Source: Geobacteraceae bacterium GWC2_53_11
Lineage (GTDB): Bacteria > Desulfobacterota > Desulfuromonadia > Geobacterales > Pseudopelobacteraceae
Assembly: GCA_001802645.1 (NCBI GenBank)
Contig: MGZJ01000061.1
Location: 24,522 to 56,521 of the forward strand
DNA length: 32,000 nucleotides
Direction of reading: 5' to 3'
The notes under the pieces were generated by a model. It did no database searches and was not told the DNA's origin. It worked only from the letters and a program-made list of their open reading frames with translations. Both the position numbers and the translations under genes were made by a program. Below, one piece after another: positions 10,135 through 18,000 of this stretch (within the stretch, counting starts at the first letter, position 1; every line of letters starts with the position of its first letter).

Positions 10135-11787
10135 ATGAGCATCAACGATGGTAAACAAAAGTGGAATGAAAAAGTCGCTAAAGGCATTGCCAAGTCACCA
10201 GAACGGATGGAAAAATTTCTGACGACTTCCAATATTGAGATGGAGCGTTGTTTTACGCCAGGTTTTGAATTTCCAGGTTATGAAGAACAGTTGGGATTTC
10301 CCGGTGAATATCCCTATACACGCGGTGTGCAGCCGACCATGTACCGCGGTCGTTTCTGGACAATGCGTCAGTACGCCGGTTTCGGGACCGCCAAAGAGTC
10401 GAATGAGCGCTACAAATATCTTCTCTCTGCAGGCCAGACCGGTCTTTCCATCGCCTTTGACCTCCCGACCCAGATGGGGTATGACTCCGATGCCGGCATG
10501 AGCCTCGGTGAAGTCGGAAAAGTCGGTGTTGCCATTGATTCACTGGCAGATATGGAAATCCTCTTCGACGGCATTCCGCTCGACAAGGTTTCCACCTCGA
10601 TGACAATCAACTCCACCGCAGCCATCCTGCTCTGCATGTATATTGCCGTGGCAGAAAAGCAGGGTGTTTCCGCTGACAAGATATCCGGTACCATTCAGAA
10701 TGACATTCTGAAGGAGTACATGGCTCGTGGCACCTATATATATCCGCCTAAAGAATCCATGAGGATTATTACCGACATCTTTGCCTACTGTAAGGACAGC
10801 GTTCCGAAATGGAATACTATCTCCATCTCCGGTTACCATATTCGGGAAGCAGGATCCAGTGCCGTGCAGGAAGTTGCTTTTACGCTGGCTGACGGGATTG
10901 CTTATGTAGATGCCGCCATCAAAGCTGGATTGGAAGTGGATGAGTTTGCTCCGCGTTTGGCATTCTTCTTCAACGCCCATAACAACCTGTTTGAAGAGGT
11001 TGCAAAGTTTCGCGCTGCCCGCCGTATTTGGGGAAAAATCATGAAGGAGCGTTTCGGCGCCAAGGATCCTAAATCACAGATGCTTCGCTTTCACACCCAG
11101 ACAGCTGGCTGCACCCTGACCGCCCAGCAGCCTGACAATAACATCATGCGCGTAACGATTCAGGCATTGGCAGCAGTGCTGGGGGGGACCCAGTCTCTGC
11201 ATACCAATTCCCGTGATGAAGCGCTGGCACTGCCAACCGAGGATTCTGTCCGGATTGCTCTTCGTACCCAACAGGTCATCGCCTATGAATCAGGGGCGGC
11301 TGATAGCATTGACCCATTGGCAGGATCATTTCTAGTAGAGTCGTTAACTGATCAAATTGAAAAGGCAGCTCTGGAATATATCGAAAAAATAGATAAGCTG
11401 GGCGGCGCTGTTGAGGCAATTTCTCGCGGTTTCCAGCAGAAAGAGATCCAGGATTCTGCCTATGCTTACCAAAAATCAATCGAGAAGGATGAGTTGATCA
11501 TAGTCGGAGTCAACAAGTTCACCGTTCAGGAACCGCCTCCAACCGGGCTGCTGAAAGTCAAGGAAGAGGTCGAAATCTCACAGAAAAAATCGTTGGCTGC
11601 CATGAAGGGCGGGCGGGATAATGCGGCTGTGGCGGCAGCGCTTGTACAGCTGGAAATAGCTGCCAAAAGCACGGATAACCTTATGCCGCACATTCTGGCG
11701 GCAGTTAAAACCTATGCGACATTGGGCGAAATTGCTGATGTTTTCAGAGGGGTATTCGGAAAGCATACAGAGACGGTAGTGTTGTAA
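10135..11787 (+). CDS. Methylmalonyl-CoA mutase catalytic (TIM-barrel, substrate-binding) chain without a cobalamin-binding domain
   Basis: There is strong block similarity to MutB-type mutases ([69 protein letters not shown]). The protein ends at ~550 aa, before any B12-binding domain. The ATG at 10135 has an AAAGGGG RBS; the track start at 10105 is a TTG inside the terminator T-run. Confidence 0.9.
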   Translation: MSINDGKQKWNEKVAKGIAKSPERMEKFLTTSNIEMERCFTPGFEFPGYEEQLGFPGEYPYTRGVQPTMYRGRFWTMRQYAGFGTAKESNERYKYLLSAGQTGLSIAFDLPTQMGYDSDAGMSLGEVGKVGVAIDSLADMEILFDGIPLDKVSTSMTINSTAAILLCMYIAVAEKQGVSADKISGTIQNDILKEYMARGTYIYPPKESMRIITDIFAYCKDSVPKWNTISISGYHIREAGSSAVQEVAFTLADGIAYVDAAIKAGLEVDEFAPRLAFFFNAHNNLFEEVAKFRAARRIWGKIMKERFGAKDPKSQMLRFHTQTAGCTLTAQQPDNNIMRVTIQALAAVLGGTQSLHTNSRDEALALPTEDSVRIALRTQQVIAYESGAADSIDPLAGSFLVESLTDQIEKAALEYIEKIDKLGGAVEAISRGFQQKEIQDSAYAYQKSIEKDELIIVGVNKFTVQEPPPTGLLKVKEEVEISQKKSLAAMKGGRDNAAVAAALVQLEIAAKSTDNLMPHILAAVKTYATLGEIADVFRGVFGKHTETVVL

Positions 11788-11857
11788 TTATTTTTAAAAA
11801 GTAACAATTCTGTGACCAGAACGTGAAAAACATTGTGTATTAATGAGGAACTTTCTG

Positions 11858-12262
11858 ATGCTTACAAAAATCAACCATATCGGCATTGCCGTGAAGTCGC
11901 TCGAAGAAACGGTACCATTCTACCGAGACAACCTTGGTATGGAATTCAAGGGAATTGAGGATGTAGCCGAGCAGAAGGTCCGGGTTGCTATGATGCAAAT
12001 CGGTGAATCCAAGATAGAGTTACTGGAACCGACATCTGATGATAGTCCGGTAGCTAAATTTATCGAAAAAAGCGGCGCCGGTATCCATCACGTTGCCTAC
12101 GAGGTGGATGATGTGGAGGCCGCAATTGCCAAACTGCTTGCTGATGGTGTCCGTATGGTTGACGAAAAACCCCGGCATGGTGCACATGGCACGCGCATTG
12201 CTTTTATCCACCCGAAAAGCAGCAATGGCGTACTGACAGAACTGTGTCAGGCAGGACATTGA
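11858..12262 (+). CDS. mce: Methylmalonyl-CoA epimerase (VOC/glyoxalase fold)
   Basis: The ~134-aa protein shows INHIGIAV, IELLEP, GIHHVAYEVDD and FIHPKSSNGVLTELCQ, which match the epimerase pattern. It lies directly downstream of the mutase. A GAGGAA RBS favours the ATG at 11858 over 11843. Confidence 0.85.
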   Translation: MLTKINHIGIAVKSLEETVPFYRDNLGMEFKGIEDVAEQKVRVAMMQIGESKIELLEPTSDDSPVAKFIEKSGAGIHHVAYEVDDVEAAIAKLLADGVRMVDEKPRHGAHGTRIAFIHPKSSNGVLTELCQAGH

Positions 12263-12332
12263 AAATCAAACCGGGCATATGTGACATTAAGCAGTTGTTA
12301 CGGATGGTTAGCGGCTTAATGTGAATTTTATG

Positions 12333-12360
12333 TTGACAACCGTTTTATTTGTTGTATATT
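12333..12360 (+). promoter_or_regulatory. Candidate sigma70 promoter for the porin: -35 TTGACA 12333..12338, 16-nt spacer, -10 TATATT 12355..12360
   Basis: Both hexamers are near consensus and were read directly. The promoter implies a leader of roughly 350 nt before the ATG at 12716. Confidence 0.5.
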
Positions 12361-12715
12361 TCGACCATTCAAATAGAACAAAGTCTGAAACAAACGAACC
12401 GATAAGTAGCTAACCGATTTACCAACCGAGCGTCAGTAGGTACTGATGGCAATGACCGGGAGCGAAACAAACTGTGACCGTTTCAGTAGAATTAAGCATA
12501 TCAATCACGAAATACACCCTTAAGCAACCGCTTTATCGCGAGATGCTTAAGGGTGTGCGCGTTTAAGGGGCCTTTTGGTTTTTCGATAGCAACACTGTTT
12601 GAGTAGTTTAGGCCAAATCTACTTCGAAAGGTGGTGAGTAACGGCATCAAACTTATCTGAAAGCACGTTAACCGCAGTTGTATAAGCAACTACTATAAAA
12701 ATGGGAGGAACACAC

Positions 12716-13993
12716 ATGAATATCAAAAAAACAGTAGCAATCGCAGCAGCAGCAGGTGCCCTGGCCGCTATTTCCGTACCGGCAATGGCATTGGAAAATG
12801 AATTTCACGGTATGTACAAGTTCATGGGCTATCAGTCTAACTTTTTTAACGGTGCCTCAGCTACTCTTGGAAAAGATGCCGGTTCCGGGTTTATGGCTGA
12901 GCAGCGCGCTCGTTTGCAGTACACGGCAAAAGCCAATGCTGACCTGAAACTGGTTACTCATTTCGAGTTGGACACCCGTTTTGGCGGCAAGAATGAAACT
13001 TACCTGGGAGCAGGTAATGACTCCGGTAACCTGGATGCCGACCAGCTGACTCTTGAGACCAAGAACATCTATCTTGATGTGAATTGCCCGCTCACCGGCG
13101 CCAATGTCAAGGTTGGTATGCAGCCAATTGCTGACTCCTATCAGAGCCTGTTCATTCTGGCTGATATGACCGGTGCGCTTGCATCCAAATCTTTCGGTCC
13201 AGCCACCGCAGCAGTCGGCTGGTTCCGTTTGAACGATGATACGGCCACAGGCGTCGCAGCAGTTGGAAAGCAGACTACGGACCTGATTATTCTCGATGGC
13301 AAGTACGCTCTCAACAAGGATATGAAGGTTGGCGCTTCCTACTACAATGTTCAGGATGACTCGGCAGTAACAGGATATGAACTGATGCATATGATCGGCG
13401 TGAACGCTGACCTCAATGTTGGCCCTGCCAATATCAAGCCGTTTGCCGCATTCCAGTTTGGCGATATCAATTCCAAAGATACCATGAGCGGCATGCTGCT
13501 GGGCGCAACTTCCAAAACCAAGGTAGGCCCCGGTGCCGTCAACCTGTCGGCTGTTTACATGTCCGGCGATGAAACTAATGGTGCTGCTGGTGGTGAAAAG
13601 TCTTTCAGAGCGGCAGTAAAAGGCGGAGGTACTACCTACTTCAATGCTGCCAACATGTGGCTGCTGGTTCGCAGTGGACAGGCAATCAACTCCTCCCACT
13701 CCATACTGGGTAACGATCTGACCGCTAAGGGTCTTGGTCTTATGGGTGTTTTCGGCGGATATGAAGCTACCATGGGCAAGCTGTTTTACAACGCTAACAT
13801 TGGCTATGCTCAGACCGATAAAGGCACTGACAAAGGAATTGGTACCGAGCTCAACGCCCAGGTCGGCTACAAGGTGTATGACAACCTGACCGCCAGCGGC
13901 GCTGTTGCTTACGCCATCCTTGGCGACAAATTTGATGCATCCAAAGCTGATGATCCTTATGCTGTCAATCTTCAGCTGAGCTACACATTCTAA
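12716..13993 (+). CDS. Outer-membrane beta-barrel porin, possibly related to the Geobacter OmpJ-type porins
   Basis: A Sec signal peptide is present (MNIKKTVAIAAAAGALAAISVPAMA/LE). The sequence has alternating hydrophobic/polar strands rich in G, Y, N and D, and a C-terminal LQLSYTF with terminal Phe. A GGGAGG RBS at 12703..12708 supports the ATG at 12716. Confidence 0.8.
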   Translation: MNIKKTVAIAAAAGALAAISVPAMALENEFHGMYKFMGYQSNFFNGASATLGKDAGSGFMAEQRARLQYTAKANADLKLVTHFELDTRFGGKNETYLGAGNDSGNLDADQLTLETKNIYLDVNCPLTGANVKVGMQPIADSYQSLFILADMTGALASKSFGPATAAVGWFRLNDDTATGVAAVGKQTTDLIILDGKYALNKDMKVGASYYNVQDDSAVTGYELMHMIGVNADLNVGPANIKPFAAFQFGDINSKDTMSGMLLGATSKTKVGPGAVNLSAVYMSGDETNGAAGGEKSFRAAVKGGGTTYFNAANMWLLVRSGQAINSSHSILGNDLTAKGLGLMGVFGGYEATMGKLFYNANIGYAQTDKGTDKGIGTELNAQVGYKVYDNLTASGAVAYAILGDKFDASKADDPYAVNLQLSYTF

Positions 13994-14019
13994 TTTACCT
14001 TTCGCGGTTGATGGAATGA

Positions 14020-14055
14020 GAAAAGGCGGATCGCAGCTATGCGGTTCGCCTTTTC
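14020..14055 (+). terminator. Strong 16-bp hairpin with a GCTA tetraloop downstream of the porin gene; possibly a partial terminator or RNA stabiliser
   Basis: GAAAAGGCGGATCGCA (14020..14035) pairs with TGCGGTTCGCCTTTTC (14040..14055), including two G-U pairs. The T-run sits inside the stem rather than after it. Confidence 0.5.
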
Positions 14056-14085
14056 TACTCTGACGATGTTTACATGGGGATTGAA

Positions 14086-15600
14086 ATGAAGCGATGTATA
14101 TTGATGCTGATGGCCGTAGCTCTGATTCATTGTATTGCAGGGAATGTTCTGGCAGCACCGCAAAAGGTGCAGATAACAGAATTCACTGTTGTCGGTGCTG
14201 AAAATACGCAGGAGTTAAAAAGTGTTATAAAAAGTCTGTTGTCATCGCGGATTACCACAGGCGACGTACTGGCGGTAGATGATGACTCGGGTGTCATTGC
14301 ACGTATCAATGGTGGTTACACTTCCTTTGGGAAAACATTCAGTATTGATGCATCTGTGAAAAGCGCATCCGGTGAAATGCTTGGCCGGAGGTATGTGCAG
14401 GGTGAAAGTCCGAGTGACTTGATTCCGGCAATCGGGCGATTGGCGGAGCAGCTTCGTGTGCTTTTGCCTGTAACACCATCAACACCACAAGTCGGGGCAA
14501 CGGTTGGGGTGTCTCCCGTCTTGCCCGTTGCCGCTAATGGGATTGCAGTTACTCAATCTCCTGCGGACAGATCGGCGGCGCTTCAAAACTCAAAGATCTC
14601 CTCGGAGGACATTGTGCGTAGTGCCCCTGTCGCCAAGTCGCTGTTGCAGCAGACACGGATTGAGGGAGCTTTGCATGGGATTGCTCCGGGGCGGATGCTT
14701 GCCGGTAATGAGCGTGAATATATCGTTGCTGATACGAGGAGTGTCTATATCTATCGCCAGACGGAATCTCTCAAAAAGGTCCATGAATATTCCCTCAAAA
14801 GAGAAGGGAAAATTCTGTCGATCGATACGGCGGATGTGGACGGAGATGGGGTGCTAGAGGTCTATGTTACCGTGATGGACCGCGAAGAACTGGTGTCTCA
14901 AGCCCTGCTTCTTTCAGATCAAGGATTCACCCTGATAGCGGCAGATCTGCCTTATTTCTTCAGGGCCGTTGAAATCAATAAACGGAAGAAGCTCTATGCC
15001 CAGCAGACCGGCAGAGGTTCTGATGATTATTATGGGAATGTGTGTCTGGTTGTGAAAAGGGGCAACTCTTATACGCTGGGCGAACCGGTTAAGCTGCCTA
15101 AAAATGTTAATATTCACATGTTTAATAGAATTGCTGATACAGCGGACAAGATGCTAACCGTGTTTATTGATACCGATGGCAATCTTCATGTAACTGATGA
15201 AGCCGGCAAGGAGCTTTGGAAAGGCAATGATCGGTTCGGTGGAAGTGAAGTGTACTTTCTGAAGGATGAGCAGCAAATGCAGAACGTAGCCGCTGATCGT
15301 TATCGTTGGCGCTTTATCGAACAACGAATAACAGTACTGCCTAATGGTGAAATTGTAATACCGAGAAACAGCGGCAACTACATTGGAAATGACCGCTCAT
15401 TTAGTAAAAACTCAATATTTGCGTTTGCTTGGAATGGCGCAACGTTGGACGAGCGTTGGCATACGAAGGAAAGGTCAAGTTATTTGGCAGATTATTTCTA
15501 TGATGCGGTGCACAAAGAAATGGTGACTCTTGAACAGGTACAAAAGGAAGGGTTGTTCAGTAAGGGTGCCAGTGTGATTCTGACCAATAAAATGGAATAG
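14086..15600 (+). CDS. Secreted protein of unknown function: N-terminal ~100-aa alpha/beta domain, Pro/Ser/Thr/Val-rich linker, and a C-terminal region with an FG-GAP/VCBS-like motif
   Basis: A signal peptide is present (MKRCILMLMAVALIHCIAGNVLA/AP). The motif DTADVDGDGVLEVYVT resembles an FG-GAP/VCBS Ca-binding loop. GGGGA lies 5 nt upstream of the ATG at 14086. The function call is weak. Confidence 0.65.
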   Translation: MKRCILMLMAVALIHCIAGNVLAAPQKVQITEFTVVGAENTQELKSVIKSLLSSRITTGDVLAVDDDSGVIARINGGYTSFGKTFSIDASVKSASGEMLGRRYVQGESPSDLIPAIGRLAEQLRVLLPVTPSTPQVGATVGVSPVLPVAANGIAVTQSPADRSAALQNSKISSEDIVRSAPVAKSLLQQTRIEGALHGIAPGRMLAGNEREYIVADTRSVYIYRQTESLKKVHEYSLKREGKILSIDTADVDGDGVLEVYVTVMDREELVSQALLLSDQGFTLIAADLPYFFRAVEINKRKKLYAQQTGRGSDDYYGNVCLVVKRGNSYTLGEPVKLPKNVNIHMFNRIADTADKMLTVFIDTDGNLHVTDEAGKELWKGNDRFGGSEVYFLKDEQQMQNVAADRYRWRFIEQRITVLPNGEIVIPRNSGNYIGNDRSFSKNSIFAFAWNGATLDERWHTKERSSYLADYFYDAVHKEMVTLEQVQKEGLFSKGASVILTNKME

Positions 15601-15660
15601 CGTGATCTGCCAAGATTTTTGTTAAGAAACCAAAAATACCTGCAATAGTGGATCTTTGGC

Positions 15661-15709
15661 AATAATACTAGTCGGGAGCAACCCCGGCTATTATTTTGGT
15701 CTTTTCTTT
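15661..15709 (+). terminator. Candidate terminator after the FG-GAP-like gene
   Basis: AATAATA..GTCGGG (15661..15676) pairs with CCCGGC..TATTATT (15683..15695), giving ~13 bp with a 3-nt bulge. The T-rich sequence TTGGTCTTTTCTTT follows. Confidence 0.45.
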
Positions 15710-15736
15710 GACGATTACAACGAGCTGTGTTACATT
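15708..15736 (+). promoter_or_regulatory. Candidate sigma70 promoter for parAB: -35 TTGACG 15708..15713, 17-nt spacer, -10 TACATT 15731..15736
   Basis: The hexamers and spacing were read directly. The promoter is ~60 nt upstream of the parA ATG. Confidence 0.45.
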
Positions 15737-15794
15737 CGCGCACTCTGAAATCTGTGAAACATGTCAGATAGTGAAATTTGTTGCCCCAATTGAA

Positions 15795-16592
15795 ATGAGT
15801 ATGATCTCCGTGAAATCACAAGCCAAAATAATTTGTATCGCCAATCAGAAGGGCGGTGTCGGTAAAACGACCACTGCTGTCAATCTCGCTGCTTGTCTGG
15901 CAGCGGCCGAGCGTCCGACTTTGCTGGTTGATTTCGATCCCCAGGGCAATGCGACCAGCGGTGTCGGCGTGGATAAGTCCGGGCTTAAGCATACGGTATA
16001 TGATGTGTTGATCAACGAGGCAGATCCGCGCGCACTTGTTGTTGACACCGGTCACCCCTTTCTACACATTCTGCCGGCTAACTCTGACCTTGCCGGCGCG
16101 GAGCTGGAACTGGCAACAGAGATAGGGAGGGAGCAGCGGCTCAAGTTTGCTCTCTCCGCGTTGGTTGATCAGTACAGTTACATCATCATCGATTGCCCGC
16201 CATCGCTGAACCTGCTGACAATTAATGCTATGACCGCTGCCGATTCGGTGCTGATACCCCTCCAGTGCGAGTTTTATGCAATGGAAGGGTTTTCCCAGAT
16301 TTTACGTACCATCAAGCTTATTCAGAAAATGATCAACCCACTGCTGACGATTGAGGGCGTACTGTTGACCATGTATGACGCTCGCAGCAACCTGGGGAAA
16401 GAGGTTGCAGAAGAAATCCGGTCGCATTTTCCCGGCCAGGTGTTTGACTCGGTCATTCCTCGCAATGTCCGTCTGGCGGAGGCGCCCAGCCACGGTAAGC
16501 CGGTCATTTATTACGACATCACGTCACGTGGTTCAGCCAGCTATCTGCAGTTGGCGCGAGAGATAATTCAAAGGGAGAATGTACATGGCTAG
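15795..16592 (+). CDS. parA: Chromosome partitioning ATPase ParA/Soj
   Basis: The deviant Walker A motif is present (IANQKGGVGKTTTAVNLA), along with DCPPSLNLLTINA and the typical ParA length. The track's upstream extension begins at a TTG and adds a non-conserved Cys-rich peptide, so the ATG at 15795 is preferred. Confidence 0.93.
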   Translation: MSMISVKSQAKIICIANQKGGVGKTTTAVNLAACLAAAERPTLLVDFDPQGNATSGVGVDKSGLKHTVYDVLINEADPRALVVDTGHPFLHILPANSDLAGAELELATEIGREQRLKFALSALVDQYSYIIIDCPPSLNLLTINAMTAADSVLIPLQCEFYAMEGFSQILRTIKLIQKMINPLLTIEGVLLTMYDARSNLGKEVAEEIRSHFPGQVFDSVIPRNVRLAEAPSHGKPVIYYDITSRGSASYLQLAREIIQRENVHG

Positions 16593-17439
16593 AATAGGCG
16601 GCCTCGGCAAAGGGATGGCTGCGCTGTTGCACGTAACAGAAACGGTCGATGAGTCAAAAAACTATTTTGTCTGTCCGATAGAAAAGATCAAGCCTAATCG
16701 TAATCAGCCCCGCAAGCATTTTTCTCCTGAGAAGCTGGAAGAGTTGGCTGCTTCTATTCGCGAGCAGGGAATAATTCAGCCGCTGGTTGTTACCAGAAAA
16801 GAAGACCATTACGAGATAATAGCCGGTGAGCGGCGCTGGCGCGCTGCCCAGAAAGCGGGATTACACGAAATACCGGTCGTCATTCGAGAGGCCACTCCGG
16901 ATGCTGTTATGGAGTTGGCTCTGATTGAGAATATCCAGCGTCAGGATTTAAACGCCATCGAAGAGGCACAGGCCTATCGTTCTCTGGTGGAGCACTTCAG
17001 CATTTCGCAGGAAGATGTGGCACGCAGGGTTGGCAAAAACCGTACGACGGTTACCAACGCACTTCGTTTGCTTAAGCTGCCAGATGATATTCAACGGGAT
17101 ATTGTTGAGGAACGCTTGAGCATGGGGCATGCCCGTGCATTGTTGTCACTTGAGAGCGGAGAACTGGTCGAAAAAGCCCGCCATGAAATACTGCACCGGC
17201 AATTAAGCGTAAGGGCAACGGAAGAGCTTGTGCGCAGGCTGAAGGTCAATCCTCACCCAGTACCGGTTAAGCGTTTGCAGCAGCCAGATCTTTTGATGAC
17301 GTCGCTTGAGGAACAATTGCAAAAGCGCTTCCAGTCACGTGTTGCGATTCGTAAAGTCGGTACCAAAGGCGGTCGCCTGGAGATTCATTTCAGTGATTCA
17401 GATGAATTAACCCGCATAATAGACCTGCTGGATATCTGA
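16585..17439 (+). CDS. parB: Chromosome partitioning protein ParB/Spo0J
   Basis: ParB box motifs are present (GIIQPLVV, IIAGERRWRAAQKAGL, LIENIQRQDLN) together with an HTH (QEDVARRVGKNRTTVTNALRLLKL). An AGGGAG RBS lies 7 nt upstream of the ATG at 16585. The gene overlaps the parA stop by 8 nt. Confidence 0.93.
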   Translation: MARIGGLGKGMAALLHVTETVDESKNYFVCPIEKIKPNRNQPRKHFSPEKLEELAASIREQGIIQPLVVTRKEDHYEIIAGERRWRAAQKAGLHEIPVVIREATPDAVMELALIENIQRQDLNAIEEAQAYRSLVEHFSISQEDVARRVGKNRTTVTNALRLLKLPDDIQRDIVEERLSMGHARALLSLESGELVEKARHEILHRQLSVRATEELVRRLKVNPHPVPVKRLQQPDLLMTSLEEQLQKRFQSRVAIRKVGTKGGRLEIHFSDSDELTRIIDLLDI

Positions 17440-17572
17440 TACTCCCAAAAATAAATGTAAACATTTGTGTAAATGTCTTGACATAAGATTAATTAGTATG
17501 GTAGCTAACGTCTGTTTTACGCCCATCCGTGGGATACAGTATACAACTCAGCATGCCTGCAAGGGGTAGGTC

Positions 17573-17998
17573 GTGATAGAATTAAATTTGTCGTTCGTAA
17601 TCCAGCTGATCAATTTCGGCATCCTCGTCCTCGTTCTTAATGTGTTCCTGTACAAACCAATCCGCAAGGTGCTTGCTGACAGACGTCAAGTGATCGACTC
17701 TGCCCGCGAGAAGACGGTTTCGGTTGATGCAGAGGTTCAGAGCAAGATGGCCCAGTATGAATCTCGTCTGCATGCTGCCAAGGCAGAAGCGGGGGCTCGC
17801 CGTGCGGAGGCTCTGAAGCTTGCCCAGGCTGAAGAGACTGCGGTGCTTGAGAAGGCTCGCAAGCAGGCTTCCGAATCTCTTGCTTCGATTCGTGAAAAAG
17901 TTGCCAAGGAAGCTGGCGAAGCGCGAGAGCTTTTGAAAAAGCAAGCCGAGGTTCTGTCCGGTGATATCTGTGAGAAAATCCTCGGGAGGAGCCTGTAG
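17573..17998 (+). CDS. atpX: F-type ATP synthase Fo subunit b' (second b-type stalk subunit)
   Basis: The protein has a single N-terminal TM helix (FVIQLINFGILVLVLNVFLY) followed by a long charged Ala/Glu/Lys/Arg coiled coil. It occupies the first position of the atp cluster. It has a GTG start with an AAGGGG RBS. Confidence 0.8.
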   Translation: MIELNLSFVIQLINFGILVLVLNVFLYKPIRKVLADRRQVIDSAREKTVSVDAEVQSKMAQYESRLHAAKAEAGARRAEALKLAQAEETAVLEKARKQASESLASIREKVAKEAGEARELLKKQAEVLSGDICEKILGRSL

Positions 17999-18000
17999 TT

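Noticed and set aside
12501-12689. A 62-aa minus-strand ORF in the porin leader region.
   Set aside because: It has a TTG start, no RBS and no motifs, and it is antisense to the probable 5' UTR. I treat the region as non-coding.
12263-12715. Whether the porin leader is a known riboswitch (GEMM-I/II c-di-GMP or cGAMP, cobalamin, or a second ydaO).
   Set aside because: I could not find the conserved cores of those classes by eye, so it is reported only as an unclassified structured leader.
12857-14158. A 433-aa ORF on the minus strand, the longest unexplained ORF in the window.
   Set aside because: It is entirely antisense to the porin gene, which has a signal peptide, an RBS, beta-barrel periodicity and a C-terminal Phe. 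The antisense translation is Cys/His/Ser/Ile-rich low-complexity sequence with no RBS or recognisable motifs, so it is a shadow ORF.
15640-15660. Possible oriC or DnaA boxes near parAB, for example AGTGGATCT around 15646.
   Set aside because: It matches only 6 of 9 positions of TTATCCACA/TGTGGATAA. There is no cluster of boxes and no AT-rich unwinding repeats, so there is not enough evidence for an origin.
15696-15794. A 33-codon N-terminal extension of parA in the ORF track.
   Set aside because: It begins at a TTG inside the upstream terminator and promoter region and encodes a non-ParA-like Cys-rich peptide. ParA proteins start a few residues before the KGGVGKT loop, as from the ATG at 15795.
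16621-16640. parS-like sequences (TGTTGCACGTAACA in parB, CACGTG cores at ~16528, ~17338 and ~22278).
   Set aside because: None is a 16-bp palindrome matching TGTTNCACGTGNAACA. Each has several mismatches in at least one half-site. I may have missed degenerate sites without a computational scan.
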